A stretch of DNA of 64,000 nt from Bacteroidota bacterium. Lineage in GTDB: Bacteria > Bacteroidota > Rhodothermia > Rhodothermales > UBA10348. Positions 57,101 through 64,000 of this stretch are shown here, piece by piece. Below the pieces are notes generated by a model, which did not search any database, was not told the origin of the DNA, and was given only the letters and a program-made list of their open reading frames with translations. The translations under genes and the position numbers were made by a program. Where the stretch lies: contig JAJCYP010000030.1 in the NCBI GenBank assembly GCA_029262855.1, positions 5,111-69,110 of the forward strand, given 5' to 3'. Positions within the stretch are counted from its first letter, which is position 1; every line of letters begins with the position of its first letter.

Positions 57101-57143
57101 CGCGATGGAACTGCCGCGAGGGGCGACGGCTGACAGTTGGTAG
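54129..57143 (+). CDS. TolB-like beta-propeller / amidohydrolase fusion protein (coordinates from the first in-frame start; the true 5' end is probably 53995 via a frame correction)
   Basis: N-terminal PD40/TolB-type repeats (SPDGRTIVF, FSPDGSRIAFTSDR, SPDGKTIAFV, FSPDGRTLVY, FSPDGAQIVY). C-terminal amidohydrolase motifs (PGFVDAHAHL, GHTGIEH). Confidence 0.85.
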   Translation: MSLDVSPDGRTIVFDMMGDLYTIPIAGGTATSITTGPAWDVQPTFSPDGSRIAFTSDRAGGDNIWTIAADGSDARQVTKEKFRLLNGPAWTPDGAYLLARKHFTSSRSLGAGEVWMYHASGEASGGIQLTKQKNNQQDQGNEITLSPDGRYVYFSEDMSGGSTFQYNKDPNGMIYAIRRLDRETGRLENYITGAGGSARATPSPDGKTIAFVRRVREKSVIFLFDTTTGRQWPVFDGLNRDQQEAWAIFGVYPRMDWTPDGSSLVFWAGGKINRLDVASRAVADIPFEVQIDRTIHEALRVPVTVHEPSFESRMIRDVATAPDGSMMVFHSAGFLYTKALPNGVPRRLTSQTEHWEYDPSFSPDGRTLVYTTWNDRDYAAIRRISVTGGVSQVLSTRPGHYYEPRFSPDGAQIVYRRGGGSSLTGRLHGMETGIYRMPVAGGPATRVSRSGSDARFGPRGKRVYFLSGGGLSKEYRSVDVNGADERTHLNLKYANTAVPSPDFKWVAFNELFNAYVVPFPMTGGAIDLNKDSKAVPVKQVTRDLGTDLHWSADSKTLHWMVGPEYYSRSLAESFAFVDGAPEELPAIDSTGVSVGLTLQSDAPSGTTAITNARLVTMNGDEVIARGTILVSGNRIAAIGVDVEIPAGATVIDAAGKTVMPGFVDAHAHLNHFFTGPIPQESWVYSANLGFGVTTTHDPSANTETVFTLSEMVKAGRIMGPRIYSTGTILYGADGDFKAEVNSLDDARSHLRRMKAVGAISVKSYNQPRREQRQQIMQAAREQGLNVVPEGGSTFNHNMTMIIDGHTGIEHSVPVAPLYRDVLETWRHSKTGYTPTLVVVYGGPSGERFFYERDNVWENERLLRYVPRDNVDPQSRRRWKSADDEYYHDDVAAEAKKLVDQGNTVQIGAHGQMQGLAFHWEMRMLTQGGFTPHEALRSATLHGARYLGMDADIGSLEVGKLADLIVVDGDPLARIEDAENVTHVMVNGRIWNAMELPRGATADSW

Positions 57144-58840
57144 TGGTGGAGTCCTGGGTTTTTGGTGTGGTCGGATCTGAATCGCTTGTTGCGAGGGGTC
57201 GCGCTCTGGCTGAACGTTGCCCTGGAAGCCGCAGCCGTACATCCAGGACCGCCCTTCTTGTTGCCTCTCCTGCGGGCCCGACGTCTCTGTTTTCGGTTCG
57301 GGCTCATGGCGCGACGGCTCTCAGCGGATCAGTTTTCGTGAGTCGGTCCAACGGTGGGCAGTTCTTGCTGGACGAGCATCATCTCGCCGGACAGTGGGAG
57401 CACCGGCTGTCCTCTCTCAAGCTCGGGCAGTTTGCTGCTGCTTGCCTGAATGACTCGACAATCGAGTTGTACACCGACCCGAACGGCCTGAGGAGTTTCT
57501 TCGTTCATGAGTCCGACGCGGGAGCGATTTTCTCGACCCACCTCCACCTCATCACCTCTCTGACCGGGGTCCTCGACTTGGACCTCAGTCAGTTTGGCTC
57601 TCATTGGTTCAGTCACAACCAGATGAACAAGGGCAGCCTTGTAAGGGGTGTTGGCCGGATATGTGCGGGCGATGCCATGGAGCTCCGGGCGAGTCCTTGC
57701 GGCGCCTCAGTCATTCGCCGACCTCGTCCCGTTGGTCGGGATTGTCCGGACTCACCCTTGGCCTGGGTTGGCGAGCTATTGAACAATATCGACCTCCCTA
57801 TAGCCCTTTCTCTATCTGGAGGCCTCGATTCGCGCGTCCTACTCGGTCTGGCTCAGTCGGCAGGTATTCGGCCAAGGCCGTTTGTGTTCGGAGATGAGCG
57901 CAGCCCTGATGTCCAGATTGCACAAATGGCGGCCGCTGCCTGTGGCCTGGAGTGCCTTCATGTCCCTTCGCGCTCGCTGGACGACTGTGTCTTGGGAGGA
58001 GATCTCGAGCGGTATGCCCGCGACAACTGGTGCGCCACCCCTCTCTCGGCAGCCGGGCACCTTACTTCCTACGACAGGGTATTCGAATCCAGTCCTGGCG
58101 CCATTCTGATCGATGGCGGGTTCGGTGAAATCGGCCGTGGGCAGTTCTATCGGAGGGTTGAGGTCTTGAGGAAGCTGCGAAGGCTTCACCGAGGCCCGTT
58201 GGGGGCCGTCATGAGCGCTGTATCATTCAAGCGTGTCAACGTTTTCCGAACTGAGGCACTCGCGATGATGACGCGTGGCGTCGAATCGGCAGCGTCGGAG
58301 TTTCGTGACCAGCTTGTTGCGGCTCGTAGTTCGAGACCGGAGGACACAGTCGCTGCCAGGATTCGACGACAGAATTTCTTCGGACTGACCCAGGGCTGGA
58401 TGGACTCTCAGGGACCGTCGCTGATGCCCTTCGCGCAGGAGGCATTCGTCCGCTCGGTCCTCAAGATTCCCAGCCGCGAGCGAGTAGGAGGCCGCCTCTT
58501 CCGGAGACTTCTCAAGGCGGAGGCACGACAGCTGACGAGGCTACCACTCGCCAAGGGTCGCCACGCCCTTCCGTTTAGACTTCCATCACCCTTGTATCCG
58601 TTGCACTTTCGACTCGCCGCAGGCGCACCCGGTGCGCCCTCCGCGTTCGGTGGCGCCGCGACCCGGCAATTGCTGTACGACTCTCTGAATTCCCTGCACT
58701 CGCGGGAGTGGGTCGCCCTGGACCACGCGAGGGCGGAGCAGTTGCTGGACTCCTTCTATGCTGGCCAAAGACACTTGGAAAGCGAGGTGTCGTGGTTGGG
58801 AGCCGTGCTCTTGTGGCGGATGTCCAACTCCATCAACTGA
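57137..58840 (+). CDS. asparagine synthetase B-like protein (PP-loop ATP pyrophosphatase) lacking the N-terminal Cys nucleophile
   Basis: PP-loop LSLSGGLDSRVLLG and an AsnB-like N-domain remnant YTDPNGLRSFF. There is no Cys after any candidate start (TTG 57137; GTG 57143, 57146, 57167). It overlaps the amidohydrolase stop by 7 nt. Confidence 0.7.
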   Translation: MVVVESWVFGVVGSESLVARGRALAERCPGSRSRTSRTALLVASPAGPTSLFSVRAHGATALSGSVFVSRSNGGQFLLDEHHLAGQWEHRLSSLKLGQFAAACLNDSTIELYTDPNGLRSFFVHESDAGAIFSTHLHLITSLTGVLDLDLSQFGSHWFSHNQMNKGSLVRGVGRICAGDAMELRASPCGASVIRRPRPVGRDCPDSPLAWVGELLNNIDLPIALSLSGGLDSRVLLGLAQSAGIRPRPFVFGDERSPDVQIAQMAAAACGLECLHVPSRSLDDCVLGGDLERYARDNWCATPLSAAGHLTSYDRVFESSPGAILIDGGFGEIGRGQFYRRVEVLRKLRRLHRGPLGAVMSAVSFKRVNVFRTEALAMMTRGVESAASEFRDQLVAARSSRPEDTVAARIRRQNFFGLTQGWMDSQGPSLMPFAQEAFVRSVLKIPSRERVGGRLFRRLLKAEARQLTRLPLAKGRHALPFRLPSPLYPLHFRLAAGAPGAPSAFGGAATRQLLYDSLNSLHSREWVALDHARAEQLLDSFYAGQRHLESEVSWLGAVLLWRMSNSIN

Positions 58841-58861
58841 GAAGGGCTCCGGCCTCCACGC

Positions 58862-59770
58862 ATGGACTACCAGGGAATACTCAGGGAGATCGCCCACGAA
58901 ATCCAGCCGCTTCTGGGGCAGGGAGCGGTCGCGGACTATATCCCGCCGCTGGCCACGGAAGACCCCAACCGGTTTGGTATGGCGGTGCGTCTGCTCGACG
59001 GTTCCGAGTTCGTCGCAGGAGAGGCCGACCACCCGTTCTCTATCCAGAGCGTCTCCAAAGTGTTTCGGCTGGCGCTGGCCATGGATATCCACGGAGACGG
59101 CATCTGGCGCCGCGTAGGTCGTGAGGCTTCGGGCACCGCCTTCAATTCACTGGTTCAATTGGAGACGGAACGGGGAATTCCGAGAAATCCGATGATCAGC
59201 GCGGGTGCGCTGGTGACGATGGATGCGATCTTGCAGCCCGGCGGTCAACGTGATCCCGGCATCGCCTTCATCCAGCGATGCCTTGATGGTCAGCCGGTAG
59301 CCTACGACGACGGAGTTGCCGACGCCGAGTTGGCCACCACACACCGGAATCGTGCGCTAGCTCATCTACTGAAGTCATTCGGCAATCTTAATAACGACCC
59401 CGAGGACGTCATCGCCGCCCATACCCGCGAGTCCGCTGTGACGCTGAGTTGTCGGGACCTGTGTCGTGCCGGGGCCTTTCTCGTTACGGGTGGCCTCACG
59501 CCCGCGGGAAGCCGTGTGACCGAGGCCCGTCAGGCAAAGCGAATCAACGCAATCATGCTGACTTCCGGCGTCTACGACGAGGCCGGCGACTATGCCTACC
59601 GGGTAGGGCTACCCGCCAAGAGTGGGGTAGGCGGGGGTGTACTCGCCGTCATGCCTGGTCAGTTTACGGTTTGCGTCTGGTCTCCGGGGCTGAACCCAAA
59701 GGGAAACTCGCTGGCAGGTACTATGGCGCTGGAGCTTTTCACGACGATGACCGGGGTTTCCGTGTTTTAG
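58862..59770 (+). CDS. glsA: glutaminase A
   Basis: VADYIPPLA, FSIQSVSKVF, NPMISAGA and GLPAKSGVGGG. Confidence 0.92.
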   Translation: MDYQGILREIAHEIQPLLGQGAVADYIPPLATEDPNRFGMAVRLLDGSEFVAGEADHPFSIQSVSKVFRLALAMDIHGDGIWRRVGREASGTAFNSLVQLETERGIPRNPMISAGALVTMDAILQPGGQRDPGIAFIQRCLDGQPVAYDDGVADAELATTHRNRALAHLLKSFGNLNNDPEDVIAAHTRESAVTLSCRDLCRAGAFLVTGGLTPAGSRVTEARQAKRINAIMLTSGVYDEAGDYAYRVGLPAKSGVGGGVLAVMPGQFTVCVWSPGLNPKGNSLAGTMALELFTTMTGVSVF

Positions 59771-59927
59771 CTGTCCGGCCCGCGACGGTGCGAACGGGGC
59801 CTACATTGCCGGGACACTTGATGGAAATGACACTGGCCGACACACGTCCGCCGCTCCCGGTGATGGTCACCGGTCCGGCTCTCTTCTATATTGCAGCAAC
59901 ACCCTCTCACAACGACTCCCCCAACCG

Positions 59928-62900
59928 ATGAGACGCTTTCTCCTGACCGGTGCGACCACCCTGCTGGTCGCATTTCTCGCCGTTGATGCCTCGGCCCAGA
60001 TCGACCCCATTCTTTACGAGGGCCTCGAATATCGCGAAGTAGGCCCATTCCGGGGCGGCCGTGCCTCCGCCGTTACCGGCGCGCCCGGCCATCCTGACCT
60101 GTACTACATGGGAGCAACCGGTGGTGGCGTCTGGCGAACCACCGACTCGGGCAACAGCTGGGAGAACATTTCTGACGGCTTCTTTGGAAGCTCGATCGGA
60201 GCCATCGCAGTCAGCGACTGGGATCCGAACGTCATATACGTAGGCGGCGGAGAGGAGACAGTTCGCGGAAATGTGTCCTACGGCACCGGCATGTGGAAGT
60301 CTGTTGATGCCGGAAAGACCTGGTCAAGCATGGGTCTTGTGGACTCCGAGCGCATCACGCACATCGAAATCCACCCCCGGAATCCTGATCTCGTTTACGC
60401 AGCTGTGCTCGGCCACCTGCACGGGCCTCACGAAACTCGCGGTGTCTATCGTTCCAGGGACGGCGGCGAAAACTGGAAGCGCGTCCTGTTCGTCAACGAC
60501 ATGTCCGGCGCAGTCGACCTCAGGATGGATCCCTCCAATCCGAGGGTTCTGTATGCGGCAACCTGGCGAGTAACGCGGACTCCCTACAGTCTGGAGTCGG
60601 GCGGAGAAGGATCACACCTATGGAAATCCACCGACGGCGGCAACAACTGGACCCAGTTGACCGACACCGACACCGGGCTGCCCGGAGGGACGATCGGGAA
60701 GATTGGAGTCGCCGTGTCGCACGCCAACCCAGAGCGGGTCTGGGCCATCATTGAGCACGAAGACGGTGGTGTATTCCGGTCCGAGGACGGCGGCGAGAGC
60801 TGGCGGCAGATCAACAGCGATCGCAGTTTGCGGCAGCGCGCCTGGTACTACACCCACATCTACGCGGACACGCAGGACGAGAACGTGGTGTACGTGATGA
60901 ACGTGGGCTTCCACAAGTCCACGGACGGCGGCGCCACCTATGAGCGGATCCGCACGCCACACGGCGACCATCACGACATGTGGATCAATCCGGATCATCC
61001 GAACCGTTTCATTGTGGCCGATGACGGCGGAGCCCAGGTCACGGTCAACGGCGGCGATACGTTTTCGACCTACATGAACCAGCCGACCGCGCAGTTCTAC
61101 AGGGTGACGACGGACAACAATTTCCCCTATCGCATTCTAGGAGCACAGCAGGACAACTCGACCGTCCGAATCCTGCACACCTCCAGTGGCAGCGAGGATG
61201 ACTGGGAGCCCAGCGCAGGGGGTGAGAGTGGCTGGCTGGCTCCGCACCCGGACAATCCCGACATCGTTTACGGAGGATCATACGGGGGGACGTTTACCCG
61301 CGTGGACCACCAGACGGGCGCCCGTCGCAACGTGAATGTCTGGCCCGACAATCCGATGGGTCACGGCGCCGAGGATTACCGCTTTCGCTTCCAGTGGAAC
61401 TTCCCCATCGTGTTTTCCCGCCACGATTCGGGTACGCTGTACGCGGCGTCACAGCATCTGCACGCGTCGACGGACGAAGGACAGTCCTGGAAGACCATCA
61501 GCCCTGACCTCACGGTTGGCGATCCTTCGACGCTGGGGGCATCGGGTGGTCCCATCACCAAGGATAACACGGCCGTGGAGTACTACGCGACCATCTTTGC
61601 CATCGCGCAGGGCGAGGAAGAAGGCGTGATCTGGGTCGGGTCTGACGACGGACTGATGCACGTCACGCGGGACGGAGGCGAGAACTGGACGGAGATCACC
61701 CCGCCCTCACGCATGTGGCCGGAGTGGATGATGGTCAATGACATCGTCGTGGATCCCTTCAATCCCGGCGGAGCGTATGTCGCAGGAACGCGCTACAAGT
61801 TGGATGACTTCGCGCCCTACCTCTACAAGACCGAGGACTACGGGGCCACCTGGAAGAAGATCGTGACGGGCATCGACGGGAGTCACTTCACGCGGGCCAT
61901 TCAGCCCGACCCAGAGCGCGCAGGACTGGTGTATGCGGGTACCGAGTTCGGGATGTACATCTCGTTCAACGACGGGGCTTCCTGGAGCACCTTCCAGAAT
62001 AATCTCCCGATCGTTCCGATCACGGACCTCGCCTGGCGCGATCACGATCTCATCGTCGCCACGCAGGGACGCTCGTTCTGGATCATGGAGGATCTGATGC
62101 CGCTACACAAGGCGTCTGCGTCCATGGCGGAGTCCAAGTTTGCGCTGATCGGTCCCTACCCAACCCATCGCATGATCGACGGAGGCAACGGGGTGACGCT
62201 GCGGTATTTCCTGAACAATCCCGATGACGACGCCGAGGTCAAGATTCGGGTGCTGGACGGAATGGGAGACATCATCGACTCCTGGTCGTCGAAGGACGAC
62301 GGGAACAGCGCCGTATCGAAGGAACACGGTCTGAATTCGCACTCGTGGAACATGCGCTATCCGCGTGCCGAGGAATTCCCGGGCATGATACTCTGGTCTG
62401 GCGGCGGCATGAACGGCCCCATGGCGGTACCCGGCACGTACTCCGCCAGGCTGATCGTGGGCGAGGACTCGACGGACACTGACTTCACGATTCTTCCGGA
62501 TCCACGAAGCACGGCGACCGATGCCGATCGTCAGGCACAGTTCGACTTCCTCCTCTCGGTCCGCGACAAGCTGACCGAAACCCATCAGGCCATCAAGCGA
62601 ATTCGCGGAGCCCGGGAGCAGATCAATGGCGTTCTGGATCGGGTTCCGAAGGACCATGCGGAACTGGATGCCCTGAAGGAGGCAGCCGAGTCGCTCCTCG
62701 ATCCGATGAAGGCCATCGAGGAGACGCTGTACCAGACCAAGAATCGCAGCGGCCAGGATCCGTTGAACTTCCCCATTCGCCTCAACAACAAGCTGGCATC
62801 GGTAGGAGGTACCGCCGCGGGGGGGGACTACCGCCCCACCGACCAGTCGGTGGCCGTCCGCGACGAATTGGTGACGGCGATTGATGCGGAGCTGGCCAAG

Positions 62901-62987
62901 CTGGGCGTGCTCTTCGGATCGGGACTTGAGCAATTCAATGCGGCTGTTCGTGCGGCGAATATTCCGGCGGTAGTTCTGGACAAGTAG
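59928..62987 (+). CDS. Asp-box (BNR) repeat, VPS10/sortilin-like beta-propeller protein (paralog B)
   Basis: Signal peptide MRRFLLTGATTLLVAFLAVDASA. Asp-box-like motifs TTDSGNSW, SVDAGKTW, SRDGGENW, STDGGNNW, SEDGGESW, STDGGATY, TRDGGENW, TEDYGATW. Confidence 0.8.
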   Translation: MRRFLLTGATTLLVAFLAVDASAQIDPILYEGLEYREVGPFRGGRASAVTGAPGHPDLYYMGATGGGVWRTTDSGNSWENISDGFFGSSIGAIAVSDWDPNVIYVGGGEETVRGNVSYGTGMWKSVDAGKTWSSMGLVDSERITHIEIHPRNPDLVYAAVLGHLHGPHETRGVYRSRDGGENWKRVLFVNDMSGAVDLRMDPSNPRVLYAATWRVTRTPYSLESGGEGSHLWKSTDGGNNWTQLTDTDTGLPGGTIGKIGVAVSHANPERVWAIIEHEDGGVFRSEDGGESWRQINSDRSLRQRAWYYTHIYADTQDENVVYVMNVGFHKSTDGGATYERIRTPHGDHHDMWINPDHPNRFIVADDGGAQVTVNGGDTFSTYMNQPTAQFYRVTTDNNFPYRILGAQQDNSTVRILHTSSGSEDDWEPSAGGESGWLAPHPDNPDIVYGGSYGGTFTRVDHQTGARRNVNVWPDNPMGHGAEDYRFRFQWNFPIVFSRHDSGTLYAASQHLHASTDEGQSWKTISPDLTVGDPSTLGASGGPITKDNTAVEYYATIFAIAQGEEEGVIWVGSDDGLMHVTRDGGENWTEITPPSRMWPEWMMVNDIVVDPFNPGGAYVAGTRYKLDDFAPYLYKTEDYGATWKKIVTGIDGSHFTRAIQPDPERAGLVYAGTEFGMYISFNDGASWSTFQNNLPIVPITDLAWRDHDLIVATQGRSFWIMEDLMPLHKASASMAESKFALIGPYPTHRMIDGGNGVTLRYFLNNPDDDAEVKIRVLDGMGDIIDSWSSKDDGNSAVSKEHGLNSHSWNMRYPRAEEFPGMILWSGGGMNGPMAVPGTYSARLIVGEDSTDTDFTILPDPRSTATDADRQAQFDFLLSVRDKLTETHQAIKRIRGAREQINGVLDRVPKDHAELDALKEAAESLLDPMKAIEETLYQTKNRSGQDPLNFPIRLNNKLASVGGTAAGGDYRPTDQSVAVRDELVTAIDAELAKLGVLFGSGLEQFNAAVRAANIPAVVLDK

Positions 62988-62994
62988 CGCGACG

Positions 62995-63047
62995 CCGGGG
63001 GGCGGGGGCCCGATGCTCCGACCCCCGGGCGGCCCCCCGGCCCCCGG
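62995..63047 (+). terminator. very GC-rich imperfect hairpin built from G5-6 and C5-6 runs after the propeller gene (terminator-like, no U-tail)
   Basis: ccggggggcgggggcc (62995-63010) can pair with ggccccccggcccccgg (63031-63047), with one mismatch and one bulge. It starts 8 nt after the stop codon. Confidence 0.35.
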
Positions 63048-63104
63048 CGGCACGCATTCTGCACAGCGGTCAGGAGACCACTCTCCTCCAGACCGCAATC
63101 TTCG

Positions 63105-63947
63105 TTGAGCGAATCGACAGAAAACGTTGCCAGAGCCGCGCGAACACGGTTTCGTGAGGCGGCGAGTGCCCCTCGTGGCACCGGCGATCTTGAGCCAGGG
63201 AGGGTAATAGGCACCGGGTGCGAGGCAGAGATTGTCGTCGCGTCCAATCCCGCTCGAGTGGTCAAGCGGTTCTTCGATCCCGTCGCGAACCGGGGACGCG
63301 CGGACAGGGAGGCCCGGGCGTTGCGCCTCCTGAATCGAACGTCGCCCGGCCTCTGCGCCGGGGTGCGATTCCCGAGGCTTGAGGACTATCGCCGCGACGC
63401 CGGTGAAATTGAAATGGAACGCGCGCGAGGAGAGACCCTGGCCAAGTCCTTGCTCCACGCGGACGTCCCCGATCGGGCACCGCGTGCCATCGCCAATGGA
63501 CTCGTGCACTACTCGGACGTAGTCGGGGAGGCGTACCATGATTTTGCTCCGGTGAATGTCATCTGGGATGGCGTGCGGCAGGAGGCCTGGTTCATCGACC
63601 TGGCGTCCGAGCATATCGTGGAAGAGCCGACAGACGAAGCCTTGAGGATCTCGCACTCCCTGGGTTACTACCTGGGTGCGGTGGCCTACGAGGCGTCGCG
63701 ACCGGCCGCGGCCGCCCAAATCCGCGGGGCGCGCCGTCAAATTCGATTGATCAGCGCTGTCAGCCGAGAGCTGAGGGCCCTGGGAATTCAGGTTTTCGGG
63801 TCCCACGTGCGAAAGACGGCGTGGGCCCAGTTTCATGATGCCGCCGACTCCGGCGGGATTGCCCGCCGACTCTGGTACTGGACCGCCGGCCGTCTCCTGG
63901 CGCATTTCTGGATCAGGGCGTGCCTGCGCGAAATCGGGCCGGACTGA
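63105..63947 (+). CDS. small protein-kinase-like fold protein (RIO/Bud32/LPS-kinase-like)
   Basis: Gly-rich loop IGTGCEAEIV followed by VVKRF. HxDxxxxN-like YHDFAPVNVIWD and a DFG-like FIDLA. The TTG start is uncertain. Confidence 0.5.
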   Translation: MSESTENVARAARTRFREAASAPRGTGDLEPGRVIGTGCEAEIVVASNPARVVKRFFDPVANRGRADREARALRLLNRTSPGLCAGVRFPRLEDYRRDAGEIEMERARGETLAKSLLHADVPDRAPRAIANGLVHYSDVVGEAYHDFAPVNVIWDGVRQEAWFIDLASEHIVEEPTDEALRISHSLGYYLGAVAYEASRPAAAAQIRGARRQIRLISAVSRELRALGIQVFGSHVRKTAWAQFHDAADSGGIARRLWYWTAGRLLAHFWIRACLREIGPD

Positions 63948-64000
63948 TCCCTCAAGTTGCGGGCCCTACTGACGATACCTGTCAGCAAACCAACGTCTTG

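Noticed and set aside
57137-59927. The AsnB-like gene, considered as a lasso-peptide cyclase marking a RiPP cluster
   Set aside because: Neither strand nearby has a transglutaminase-like B protein, a PqqD-like RRE or a plausible short precursor ORF. The flanking genes are an amidohydrolase and glsA, with only 21 nt and 157 nt of spacer.
62103-63905. 600-aa antisense ORF spanning the end of the propeller gene, the GC-rich spacer and the kinase-like gene
   Set aside because: It is antisense to a strongly supported Asp-box protein. The sequence is Arg-rich with no recognisable domain and reads through a structured intergenic spacer. It is most likely a high-G+C artefact, though it lowers confidence in the 63105-63947 call.

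Overview
This is a 64 kb, high-G+C, gene-dense chromosomal window. T9SS (type IX secretion system) C-terminal sorting domains, a Bat/aerotolerance-type operon and a Bacteroidetes-type SdhC suggest an FCB-group bacterium, possibly Rhodothermales- or Balneolales-like; that placement is inference. I found no rRNA, tRNA, CRISPR array, transposase or integrase. The first ~40 kb is mostly core: mlaEFD, tdk, DUF58 through batA-E, yceI, purQ, gltA-sdhCAB, an RNase E/G, two MBL-fold (metallo-beta-lactamase) hydrolases, an SDR, ridA, a cell-wall amidase, an ECF sigma operon, a LysM lytic transglycosylase, an acyl-CoA carboxyltransferase, a (Glu-Pro)n repeat protein and a Gfo/Idh/MocA oxidoreductase. The last ~24 kb (40.2-63.0 kb) looks like an extracellular proteolysis and peptide-salvage neighbourhood. 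It holds an OPT transporter, three tandem S8 subtilases, two ~1000-aa Asp-box/VPS10-like propeller proteins, a TolB-propeller/amidohydrolase fusion, a nucleophile-less AsnB-like protein and glutaminase A. The observations most worth a second look are:
- A conserved 18-bp palindrome, TG(C/T)AGGA-N4-TCCTACA, in both intergenic regions that precede S8 transcription units (the second site also lies upstream of the divergent first propeller gene).
- Pho-box-like 11-bp-phased TGTCACA direct repeats at two divergent promoters.
- Subtilases that combine SLH-like (S-layer homology) repeats with a T9SS tail.
- A signal peptide stranded out of frame in front of the amidohydrolase gene.
- A lower-G+C AsnB-like gene lacking the Cys nucleophile, sitting next to glsA.
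- A Bat cluster without its usual MoxR ATPase.
- A hexanucleotide (GGCTCG-type) coding microsatellite.
I saw no canonical defence, toxin-antitoxin or RiPP system. All functional calls rest on motif recognition by eye; no searches were run.
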